This document shows, piece after piece, positions 1 through 10,774 of a stretch of 64,000 bases of DNA (positions within the stretch are counted from its first letter, which is position 1; every line of letters begins with the position of its first letter). The position numbers and the translations under genes are program-made. Source of the DNA: Haliotis rufescens (Eukaryota); contig NW_025964383.1 in NCBI RefSeq assembly GCF_023055435.1, positions 29,574,001 through 29,638,000 of the forward strand, given 5' to 3'. The notes beneath the pieces are model-generated. The model was not told the DNA's origin and searched no databases. It saw nothing but the letters and a program-made list of their open reading frames with translations.

Positions 1-226
1 GAATATCGTGCTATGTCTTGCAGGAACCCTTTACGCTTAGCCCAGATAAGTTCACAATGTCAGACCGGCGTACCCAAGATAGGTGAATTTTCTCCATGAG
101 CTGTCGTTTCCGATGGTCTGAAGAGGACATTGCAAGATGTCAGATATTCCTGCATGGTCGCCTTCGGACGTTATGATAACTGACGTTATCCATGACCATG
201 ACACAGGGGTTGTTTAGATTGGACAG

Positions 227-569
227 GACCGCCTCCGTGGTCTAGTGGTAGAGCGTCCGCCCGGTGAGCGAGAGGGCCCGGCCGCGTCATACCAAGAGAC
301 GTTAAAAGATGGTACTTGTTGTTACCCTGTCTGGCGCTCGGCATTAAGGGGCTCAAACAAGGACTGGTCGGCTCGGAGTCAGTATACCGTGTCTGAGTGG
401 GGTATTCATGTTAAAACTGCGGCATGGTATCTCAGTGGGCTAGCACTATAAATCGGCATCAGTCCGGACTAGTACAAGCAGCCACACACACACACACGTG
501 CATGCACGTCGCTATATAAGTGCAATAATCTTGGACGCGACGGTAAACCCAATTTCACCTCACCTCACC
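227..569 (+). mobile_element. SINE family A (tRNA-derived head, Meta-like core, (CACCT)n tail)
   Basis: A-box TGGTCTAGTGG with the B-box region deleted in this copy; homologous copies at 3129, 4240, 18315 and 54131; 13-bp TSD TTAGATTGGACAG at 214-226 and 570-582. Confidence 0.92.
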
Positions 570-668
570 TTAGATTGGACAGTAGGTGATGTTCCGACCA
601 GTCTAAGAACACGTCACCATTCATGTCCTTAAAATAATCACCAGTTTTCTTTTTCGTCTTTAAAACTA

Positions 669-834
669 GGGGCGGTCGGGTAGCCTAGTGGTTAAAAGCG
701 TTCGCTCGTCATGCCCAAGACACGGGTTCGATTCCCGACATGGGTACAATGTGTGAAGCCCATTTCCTGTGTCCCCCGCCGTGATATTGCTGGAATATTG
801 CTAAAAACGGCGTAAAACCATACTCACTCACTCA
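669..834 (+). mobile_element. SINE family B (short tRNA-derived SINE, (TCAC)n tail)
   Basis: A-box TAGCCTAGTGG, B-box GGTTCGATTCC; TSD CTTTAAAACTAG at 658-669 and 835-846; several near-identical copies in the window. Confidence 0.92.
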
Positions 835-852
835 CTTTAAAACTAGCTCACA

Positions 853-1298
853 TCAATCATTAAGCCCCAGATCACAGGTTCCGGCATTCATAACAGTGAC
901 ACGATTACCTTCACCTGCTGGTACATTGGGTGCTGTTCGTCCACCTGACGGTAGACACATGTAGTCAGTGGAATGATTCTTATTCACCCCGGTTGTACCA
1001 AGGTAAATGATCTGGACGCCCCGACTCCTACAGTCATGAATACTGCGGTGATAATGTGACATAAAAGACAGAATGGAACATTTTCCCCTGAAAACTGCTC
1101 GGTCATCATCACGTGCAGTGTATCGAAATCCCTTCTCGTGGAGAATTAGCGGCCATAAAATTTCCGAGTCCCGTGATGGGATTCGAACCACGGACCTTCT
1201 GATCAGAGGTCGGACGCCTTGTCCACATGACCAAAGAGGTTAACCCCAGCTGACAAGGTGAGGATGTCATATGTGTGATGACTCCACGCCCTGCTACA
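853..1298 (-). mobile_element. Unclassified repeat containing a tRNA-like segment (about 1168-1240)
   Basis: Minus strand reads TGGTCATGTGG (A-box like)...GGTTCGAATCC (B-box); acceptor stem does not pair; boundaries uncertain. Confidence 0.4.
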
Positions 1299-1495
1299 TA
1301 ATTAATGCAGTTCGGTAAAGTTTAATTTTGTCTTGAATTTCCTCCCGAATTCTGCTTGAAGTCGGGGGTAGCTTCTGCTCATAAGACTTTACATTGTACG
1401 CCTAATCACCTCTGTATCAAAGCTGTATATTATCCTTTTACGCCCCGGTTATGTTTTTGAGACGACCCCTACCGCCTTTCTTTATCACATCGCAG

Positions 1496-1710
1496 GTGGT
1501 GGGTATAAACAATAATATATATAAACTAATAAATGGTTTGCCTCTGTCTCTCTCAAGTGCAAAGAAGGTGTATACATTCCCCACTACAGACTTCATGGCG
1601 TGTACCATGGCTGTGGCTATGCAGTGTAAAGCAGCATGCATCATGGGAACAGTGTTGACAAAACAAATGCAGCGCCAATTTGATATTTCATAAGATGCAC
1701 ATCTAGAATT
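1496..1710 (+). pseudogene. Decayed PAN/apple-like exon remnant
   Basis: Pyrimidine-rich CGCAG acceptor at 1495; ...QCKAACIMGTV..., then frameshifted KCSA...RC; Cys spacing resembles PAN. Confidence 0.3.
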
Positions 1711-2016
1711 TTCTCCAAATGCCTTGTTTTTGTGAACTAGATGTTTTATGATGATTACATTATTGCTATCATAACAGAGTCGCAGGCGCATAATTCTTTA
1801 GTCCGTTTCAGAATTCCCTCATTAAACTTGTTATTTTCGTTCTTATTTTTCTGATGTAAAATTGTCGATACAACGGCTTGTGGCTGAAATACTTCACACC
1901 ACAGGTAGGTGGATCTACAGTTACTCGATATTTCAATAGCAACAGTCTGTGATAAATTCTGCCTTTTTTGTAACAGGCAAAAAGAAATGTTCTTGCATTT
2001 CCGACAGTACTTAAGT

Positions 2017-2162
2017 ACCCCCGCTTTTAGCAATACTCCAGGAATATCACGGCGGGGGACACCAGAAATGGGTTTATCACATTATACCCAAGTGGGGAAT
2101 CGAACCCGGGCCTTCGGTGTGACAAGCGAACGCTTTAACCACTCGGCTACCCGACCGCCTCC
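2017..2162 (-). mobile_element. SINE family B
   Basis: Reverse complement of 669-834, tail eroded. Confidence 0.85.
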
Positions 2163-2407
2163 TAAATTATCAGGTGTGTACTTTCGTTTGTACTTCAGTT
2201 TATTGCTCTGATCTACCATAATGTCGATTATATACTACTCAAAAGAAGATAGAGATCACTCGATATGTTTATACGACAATAACTAATCTGTCATGGCTTC
2301 TGGTTAATGAATCACACAGCCTTCCAATGGTGTGTGTTCTTTAATTTGTTTTGTGTAGTATATGATTATCATATCATCAACAAATATGTAAAAGCCAACA
2401 CGGATTT

Positions 2408-2473
2408 CCACGCCGTGATATAACTGGAATACTGTTAAAAGCGGCGTTAAACGCAATTCACTCACTCACTCAC
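2408..2473 (+). mobile_element. 5'-truncated SINE family D (3' hairpin and tail only)
   Basis: CACGCCGTGATATAACTGGAATACTGTTAAAAGCGGCGTTAAA...(TCAC)n; TSD CCAACACGGATTT at 2395-2407 and 2474-2486. Confidence 0.85.
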
Positions 2474-2583
2474 CCAACACGGATTTTCTTTATCAAATAA
2501 TAAGTATGCAAATTGAAAATCACTTTTTCTCTATGTTTTTCATTGAGTTTTGGAATAATTTCCGCTCTTTTATAACGTCTGGT

Positions 2584-2770
2584 GCTTGTGTCTATTGCCT
2601 TTCTGCGCTTTCACAATTCACGAAGAAAGTATTTTCGTACCATGTTACCACTCAATCACGCCAGGGAAGCGACGCGTGTGGCATATGCCAGACAAATTGC
2701 TCATCTGGCTATTGCGGTGTTGTCGAACATCACACAAAAACAAAACAAATGTTTCAATTATTTGAATACG
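2584..2770 (+). pseudogene. Decayed PAN/apple-like exon remnant
   Basis: CLSALSQFTKKVFSY...ACGICQTNCSSGYCGVVEHHTK, then frameshifted KCFNY: C-xn-C-x3-C-x4-C-xn-C pattern. Confidence 0.35.
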
Positions 2771-3128
2771 TCACCTCACGCTATCACATGACTGCTTGTG
2801 TTCCGACATGATCTACATACAAATCCTTGGCGTATATCAGAATCGTTGTATTAATATTGCTACAATGCCAATATGACTGCATTCTGCGATTAGCGGCTTA
2901 TGACAACTTCTCATGGATCATTTGAAACAAATTTGTCACAGTCCCTAGAGAGTCGAACCCGGAATTGGTTGAGGCAAGTCTACCACAGTCATTTTCGAGA
3001 TGAATAAACTGAGGACCTGTTTTGTGATACACTTGCTGGGTGTAGCCGTGGATAGTTTGATTAACTTAGCTGCTGGTGGAATTGGGGGAATAATATAAGT
3101 TAATACAAGTTTAGTTACTTCATCAAGT

Positions 3129-3469
3129 GACCGCCTCCGTGGTCTAGTGGTCGAACGTCCGCCAGGAGACTGGAAGGTCCAGGGTTTGATCCCCGGTCGC
3201 GTCATTCTCAAAGACGTTAAAAGATGGTACTTGTTGGTACCCTGTCTGGCGCTCGGCATTAAGGGGCTAAAACAAGGACTGGTCGGCTCGAAGTCAGTAT
3301 ACAGTGTCTGAGTGGGGTATTCATGCGACATGGTTTGGCTATCACTATAAATCGACATCAGTCCGGACTGGTACAAGCAGCCACACACACACACATGCAT
3401 GTACGTCGCTATATAAGTGCAATAATATTGGACGCGACGTTTAACCCAATTTCACATCACCTCACCTCA
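3129..3469 (+). mobile_element. SINE family A
   Basis: Full-length homolog of 227-569; imperfect TSD TTCATCA(A/T)GT. Confidence 0.9.
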
Positions 3470-3562
3470 TTTCATCATGTGACCAGTGGCTCGAAAAGTG
3501 CATCAGAAAGGGAACAGGCCTGTCTGTGGTAATATAGTCTCAGTTTATGTTGTTCTACATGA

Positions 3563-3842
3563 GGGGGCACGGGTGGCCAAGTCGTCTAAGGCGCCGCGAT
3601 TCGCTGTGCAGAGTTGCGTCCCTTAGGCACGCCAGAGACCTATGATTGTGGGTTCGAATCACGGTTCGCCCCGGTTATGTTTCTAGGTTTGTCAGCAACA
3701 TACCCTTGTTCGTGGGTTTCACCGAAGTGGTAAACGTCTGAGACCTTCATCACTTCGGGCTTTCCTCCCACATTAAGCTGACACGCTGCGTTATAACTGG
3801 AATACTGTTAAAAGCGGCGTTAAACCCACCTCACTCACTCAC
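3563..3842 (+). mobile_element. SINE family D (tRNA-Leu-like head, V-domain-like core; V-SINE-like)
   Basis: TGGCCAAGTCGTCTAAGGCG, GGTTCGAATC B-box, GTGGGTTTC...TTTCCTCCCACA V-like core, (TCAC)n tail. Confidence 0.9.
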
Positions 3843-4040
3843 CCATGCACCGCCTTTGCGGCACTATCTTCTGTTCATCTGTGGAACCTGTGCGTCACAT
3901 ATAATGAGTGAATGGGCGAAACCATGGGCAAAGATAACGGAACACGATGACTCACAATCACCCAAGTCTGGAACCCGATCCCATTTTTACTCCCAAATAA
4001 ACAGCAGAAAAATACATATATACAACTCATAAGAAGTTAA

Positions 4041-4663
4041 AGAACACTCGATGTTTTCCTTTGACTATAATTAATCTGTCAATGAAAAATATGCCATCGA
4101 ATATAAGAAATGTGATTTTCCATTTTCATACTTATTTATTGTCAAAGTTGAAATTGAGAAATTTAAGAAAATCCGTGTTTGTGTTACATATGTGTTGTTA
4201 AAATGATAATGATAGTCAAAGGAACTTAAAGGACAACCGGACCTTCTCCGTGGTCTAATGGTAGAGCGTCCGCCCGGAGAGCGGAAGGTCCGGGGTTCGA
4301 CCCCAGCCGCGTCATACCATTAGATGTTAAAAGGTGGTACTTGTTGTTACCCTGTCTGGCGCTCGGCATTAAGGGGCTAAATCAAGGACTGGTCGGCTCG
4401 GAGTCAGTATACTGTGTCTGAGTGGGGTATTCATGTTAAACTGCGGCATGGTATCTAAGTGTGCTACCACTATTAATCGGCATCAGTCCGGACTAGTACA
4501 AGCAGACACACGTACATGCACGTCGCTATATAAGTGCACTAATCTTGGACGCGACGTTAAACCCCATTTCACCTCACCTAAAGGACACCCACAATTGTGG
4601 GCTGTGTGTTGCAATAACCACCAGGCAGATGGACTATAGTCATGTAAAAAGACCGGATGTTGT
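4041..4663. mobile_element. Kolobok-like non-autonomous TIR element (TTAA flanks) with a nested SINE A
   Basis: TTAA at 4037-4040 and 4664-4667; ~40-bp imperfect TIRs (AGAACACTCGATGTTTTCCTTTGACTATAATTAATCTGTC vs reverse complement of the right end); a second, oppositely oriented copy at ~2240-2540. Confidence 0.55.
4240..4578 (+). mobile_element. SINE family A
   Basis: Full-length copy with B-box GGTTCGACCC; TSD TAAAGGACA(A/C)CC. Confidence 0.92.
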
Positions 4664-5528
4664 TTAACTTGAATCGTATATAATGGAAACAATGGCAGAT
4701 CCCTGATATAAACTGTGGTACAAAAGAAAGTAAACACCTAACAATTATCCATCGTGTTTGTTGCGCCAGAACACCATAAATAATGTTTTCCTGCGTTTTG
4801 TGTGAATTTTGCAGTAAGTATTTTTATTAAAAGAAGACTATGGGCACACACTCCTTGCATCAGCTCAGATATAGTACAGGACATGTCATAAGTCACTACC
4901 CCTGTGTGGCAGAGAATCAAGTTTTTACCATGCAGTTAAGCAGTTCATGTTAAAAACCATGATAACTCAAGGAATTGTTAAATTCGTCTATTACTGACAA
5001 ACAATGAACGAAGTACACTTATATCGTTTTAGTTGCGTAACTGTTATCTAATGTTACCAGACAGTGGCGCGAAAGTGGCGCAATGGAGGCGCAAAAATGA
5101 CGCAATTGTTGCGTATAGGTTGCGTAAGGTTCTGCATCGCGAAATAGTGCAAAAAGTATCTCGATAAGAGCTTAATAGTCACGCGATAATGCGTCGCGCA
5201 AGTGATGAGACAGTATGGCTACGCTGCCGCGTTAGTACCGAAACAAAAAGGGGAAGTTATATTTGAAATGTAGTGTACTTGTCGGATTGCGTCAGGGTGA
5301 CACTCAGCGACAGAGGGAAGCCGGGAAAGATAGTGACGTGTAGTTGTGATCAAGTGTTATATTCTCGTAACAGTAACTATGGGTTTATTTTTGTCTGAAT
5401 CAGCCCAATGATGTTATTGAAACGTACATACTTATCCTGTAAGTTGACGCCGCTACAGTTCTGTTCAACATTCCAACTACCCTGAAATCTGCGGATCGAT
5501 TTTTATCAACACGTGTGTTTCCTTCCAG

Positions 5529-6005
5529 CATTCAAACAAGCAACTACTTGTCCTGCACGGGACAGAAGCTTTCTTCAATACTCGAAGGCTTTAATGTTTC
5601 AAAATACAATCACAAGTTCCTTCAATGGCATTGAAAAGACATTGTTTCTTTTTACAATGAATATACATGTCTTGTACTTTTATATTCATTGGGGGCACGG
5701 GTGGCCAAGTCGTCAAAGGCGTCGCGATTCGCTGTGCAGAGTTGCGTCCCTTGGACACGCCAGAAACCTATGATCGTGGGTTCGAATCCCGGTTCGCCCC
5801 TATCATGTTTCTAGGTTTGTCAGCACCATACCCGTGGTCGGGGGTTTCACCGAAGTGGTAAACGTCTGAGGCCTGCATCACTTCGGGCTTTCCCCCCACA
5901 TTATGCTGACACGCCGTGATATAACTGGAATACTGTTAAAAGCGGCGTTAAACCCAACTCACTCACTCACTTTATATTCATTATGATAACAATCAAATTT
6001 AAAAA
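5529..6005 (+). pseudogene. Decayed PAN/apple-like exon remnant interrupted by SINE D
   Basis: TTTCCTTCCAG acceptor; TCPARDRSF / LEGFNVSKY / KRHC / NEYTCL read across frameshifts. Confidence 0.3.
5691..5970 (+). mobile_element. SINE family D
   Basis: Full length; 12-bp TSD TTTATATTCATT at 5679-5690 and 5971-5982. Confidence 0.93.
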
Positions 6006-6633
6006 TTCATAATATGTTCCTATATATATAGAACGGAACCTCAGTAAACCGGTTCTGTTACCATGTTGATTGGTGATTTCCCGGTGTATGGGAACAACAA
6101 TTTGATTTAGACATAACCACCGATGTTTTGCTGCAAGGAGTACTGCTGTACGGAGTTAGGAAAAACAAACACCAGTTGAGCATGAAATGCTCAGCATTGT
6201 CGCGAACACCTGGTGTCATCAATGACTTTAATCTGTTTCAGCGGATAATCGAGACTGATTATTCTCTGGAGTTGACGTTTTATATTAAAAGTTTCCAATT
6301 GTCGCTGTTTGGTATGAATGGTTTAGGTTTAGGATTCGATTATGCGATGTGCGTTTATTGAGAGAAGAACGAGTGAGTCAGCAATCTAGTCACACCGTTG
6401 AGGCTTGTCCTTTTACAAGGCATTAAATGACTTTATGCAAAGGCTTCAACAGATTTGAAGGAACCCATGGCAGCTGTTTAAGTATTGAACCAAGGAATCG
6501 TATTGAATCATGTTTCGAACCCACAATCATCGGACCCTGGTAGGATAGCGATTGGAGGGGACACCGACTGTGGGTTGCCGTGTGTAATTCACCTTGCGCT
6601 CCGCACCGTCCTTAAACTTAGGCTTTTGTAACA

Positions 6634-6877
6634 GTGAGTGAGTGAGTGAATTGGGTTTAACGCTGCTTTAAACAGTATTCCAGTTATATCGCGTCGTGTC
6701 AGCTTAATTTGGGAGGAAATCCCGAAGTGATGTAGGTCTCAGACGTTTACCACTTCGGTTAAACCCACGAGCACGGGTGCTGACAAACCTAGAAACATAA
6801 TTGGGGCGAACCGTGATTCGAACCCACAATCATAGGTTTCTGGCGTGCCCAAGGGACGCAACTCTGCACAGCGAATA
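6634..6877 (-). mobile_element. SINE family D, 5'-truncated
   Basis: TSD CTTTTGTAACA at 6623-6633 and 6878-6888. Confidence 0.9.
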
Positions 6878-7945
6878 CTTTTGTAACAAAGACACAGTGC
6901 ACTATACAGTTTTCACTTACATAATTATTTCTTTTGTATGGAAGCCTGGAAAGGACATTGTCACGCATTTTGACGCCCCTTTACACACATTAAACAGATC
7001 ATCAACGCGACATTCTTTGACCTCGAAAACGGGTTAGTTTTCGTATTGTCGCAATAAAACAATATTATTCAAAGTCCATACAAATATTGGTAAAAAATAT
7101 CGCGTCGTCGAAAAGTGGCGCTTTTGCTTATGTTGACATTTTTGCTGCTTTTCTTTAAGGGAGACACCTCAACAATGTCCCCTCTAGGATTCCATAGTTT
7201 TGCGATATACGTTTAAATAACGATGTTGTGTTGGCGTTTTCAGAAAGAGCAGAAAAGTATATTGTGAGGTATTTAGGTCATGTGTAACTTTAGGTCTTCC
7301 AGACGTTTGAACTTGATGACCATCAACGGAGAAAAACGAGATAATTTATATTCTTAATTGATTTCTTCTTTACACGTGCAGTTTCAGGTGGCGCTACACA
7401 AGCTGCTATATGACAGACTAAGGGCTGTTTTTTCATGTCTCAAGGCACTAAACGAGGTAATTTACTTGAACATTAAAGAACCAATCATCGCGAATCAAAG
7501 ACGTGGAAAGAATCCTTCTTCTTTAATCGAATGATGGAGAACAAATACAAATGAACAGATAACTTCAAGTGTTACATCAAATGATGATACACTCGTTGTC
7601 ACCGCACTGTATACAGGCAGCGTCAGGAACACGTGGGTGAGTACACATCCAATTTTAAAGGGGCTTTACAAAAATCAATTAGGAGTGATGGGATCAACTA
7701 GTTTGTCTTTAACATTTTGGGGGTAATTTACGATAAGGAACTGTTCTGTTTTAGGAGGGGTGGGGAACAGCGGCGAGGGGATATAGGGTCATGGCGCGAA
7801 AGAGGGATGTCGCTAAAATTTATGGGGGATGGTTAGGTGAAATGTGGGTGGCGGTCAAGACATTTTTTGTACATGTCTATGGGTGGGTGACAAAATGTTA
7901 CATTAAATGGGGGTGGGGGGTACAATATATTATACAGTCCTAAGA

Positions 7946-8115
7946 GTGAGTGAGTGAGTAAGTATGGTTTTACGCCGCTTTTAGCAATATTCCAGCAATA
8001 TCACGGCGGGGGACACCAGAAATTGGTTTCACACATTGTACCCATGTCGGGAATCGAACCCGGGTCTTCGGCGTGACGAGCGAACGCTTTAACCACTAGG
8101 CTACCCGACCGCCCC
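7946..8115 (-). mobile_element. SINE family B
   Basis: Full length; TSD TACA(G/A)TCCTAAGA. Confidence 0.93.
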
Positions 8116-8247
8116 TACAATCCTAAGACCAATCTGACCACTCGATCCCATCGTCATTGGAATCAGCCTGTTTACCGGGATGTTATTTCCTCGTTAAGGG
8201 ACTCGGCCCTGGGGTCACAGGGACCCGATCCCCTTATCTTTTACATA

Positions 8248-8425
8248 CAGTAAACTACGTTTATAACGAACACGCTTATAACAAACTGACGGATATAACG
8301 AACTTATTTTTAGTCCCGACCATTTGTTGTATGTATAACTGCTGTATGTATGCTTATAACGAACTACGGTTATTACGAACTAAAATTAGTGGTCCTCTCG
8401 AGTTCGTTATAACCGTAGTTTACTG
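8248..8425. mobile_element. Tc1/mariner-superfamily (pogo/Tigger-like) MITE
   Basis: TA flanks; TIR CAGTAAACTACG(T/G)TTATAACGAAC at both ends; internal TTATAACGAAC repeats. Confidence 0.88.
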
Positions 8426-10506
8426 TACTCAATGTTGTGATAGGGGTCTGGATTTTGCCGTCATTGCATCTATACCGTCGTCTTCTACCTACATGTTCAA
8501 TTACGTCACAAGTAGGCTGATCCATGAGCGCGAATCAGACATGAAAGTATGTGTTATTGGGCCATAATGACGCAGTCAGTTAATCAGAATGGTAGTGACA
8601 TCAACATTGTTTTTCCCAATTCCCAGAGGTAGTATTTTATATTTGGACCACGTAAAACACTGAAACTTAAACATATACATGTACATCGATAATCAGTAAT
8701 TGGATTCAAACCCTGAACTAGACCTCACTCAACATTGATAAACATATCTCTCAGTTTAATGTGTTTAAGGGAATGTGAAGAAATCAGTTTTCTTAAATTT
8801 GTGTTAATATAATCCGAGGAGCAAAAGAAATATTTTTTCTCAATTGATTTTAGCATATGTTTGATTTTCAATTGAAAATATATTACAATGCGAGGGGCGT
8901 TCAATAAGCTTTGCAACTTCAATATAAGACCAAGTCGCAGAATATCTTTTGCACTTACTTTTTTTCAATACAATCTCCATTCACTTGGGGCTAAGTCTGG
9001 GCTGTAGGGTGGGTGAATTTACTGTACTGTATATCCAAAACAAATAACTGCACTGATGCTTTGTCCTCACTCAAAGAATACTTTGACATGCTTTTACTTT
9101 TTAATTATTTTTTTTTTAAACTTTAAAAATTAAAGTTTTGTTTCGCATAATACGCAACTGCTGTTGTGTAACTTAGACATCTGATCTTTGAAAATAAAAT
9201 AATTTCAAAACATGGTAGGGTCATGTGGTTGCAAATTCATTTCGTACCCAAGTCTTCGTTTAGCCAATTTAATTATACACAAAATTACCCCGCCTCAGAT
9301 TATTTTTTGTTTTTGCTGGAATGAGTGATGGTTAAAAAGACTTAATCAAATTTAACAACAGTCCTTTCAATTTTCAATTACATAAAACAAAAAAACAAAC
9401 AAAAATGTATACAATCTTTGGCTCCTCAGGTTATATAACTACACACTACCTATATCACAAGGTATATGAATATATGGCCTGCTGTTGTGTTCATTGAAAA
9501 TGTGAAAATTCTTAATATTATTACCTTTGATATAGATCACATCTGGTTATTCCCTGACGTCTCATACACTTACTGTATCTGTTTTATCATTAAATATTTT
9601 TCCTATTTTCCTATTGCCAAATCTGATCATTTCATTTAATGTGAAAGCCCCATAAACAGTTAAACATGTAAGCACATCAACTAGTGCACAGAACCTCACT
9701 AGAAACGTCAATTCCTTGGTCGTAATTCAATTTACAACCGTATTGTATAAAGAAACTATACCTCTCAATTAAGTTATCCTATGTTCGATTTTCAATTGAA
9801 AATACCCTATGTTAGCGATATTATATCCAAACAATTAACTGAACTGGCTCTTAGTCAGAACTCAAAGAATACTTCTACATGGTTTCATTGTTCAAAATAT
9901 AATTTGATTTAAAACTTTTAATGATTGAAAATAATTACCATGATGCATACTTGCCGTTGGGTATCTTAGAGATCTTATCTTTGAGAATCAATGGATGTTT
10001 TTCAAAAGTGTCTTCAATGTCTTCGTTAAGCCATTTACTTTTACACGAAATTACACAATCACAGACTACTTTTTGCAAACATTTGCCGAAATGAGGGATT
10101 CTAAAACAGACAAAATCAACCGAACCGTTAACAATTACACGGTTACTGTTACCTATCAGTTAAAAAGACATGGACACAAACACATTTACCCCAGGGGACA
10201 ACATGTACCTTAAGGGGGAAATTACGTCGTTTAAACCTGTTTTTTTAATAATTTACCCCAGGGGGTCAAATACCCCAACTCGATAGGTGGAGCAAACTCC
10301 GTTCCCCTTAGGGGGAAATTTACCCCAGGGGCAAAGCAATGCATGTAAACTAGGCTATATAGTCAATGATAAAGAGAGTAGTAGTATTTTTCTTAATGCA
10401 TGCATCATGCAAAATATGTATTCAGTGAAACGTTTCAGTATTTGAAACGTAACTCAATTAGGTAATATAGTACTAGTTTTGCAAACATGCCCGAGTACCC
10501 ATGGTC

Positions 10507-10774
10507 ACTCTGTGAAGATCCGGGATAGAATAGGTCTTCAGCAACCCATGCTTGCCGCAAAATGCGACTATGCTTGTCGTAAGAGGCGACTAACGGGATC
10601 GGGTGGTCAGGCTCGCTGACTTGGTTGATACCTGTCATCGATCCCAATTGCGTGGATCGATGCTCACGATGTCAATAACTGGATTGTCTGGCCCAGACTC
10701 GATTATGTACAGACCACCGTCATATAGCTGGAATATTGCTGAGTGCGGCGTTAAACAACAAACAAACAAACAAA
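10507..10774 (+). mobile_element. SINE-like family E (no tRNA head; structured 5' end; (AAAC)n tail)
   Basis: GTGAAGATCCGGG...GCTTGTCGTAAGAGGCGACTAACGGG...CGGCGTTAAAC(AAAC)n; about ten or more copies and fragments in the window. Confidence 0.85.

Noticed and set aside
669-745. tRNA-like heads of families A, B and D and of 1168-1240 as genuine tRNA genes
   Set aside because: They continue into SINE bodies and tails with TSDs, and the cloverleaf pairing is incomplete
8889-9015. CGAGGGGCGTTCAATAAG mariner-like end plus a short fragment
   Set aside because: No matching second TIR or readable ORF; too eroded to call
10185-10355. TTTACCCCAGGGG repeats ending in CATGTAAACTAGGCT (Harbinger-like terminus)
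   Set aside because: Only one end is visible and there is no TSD
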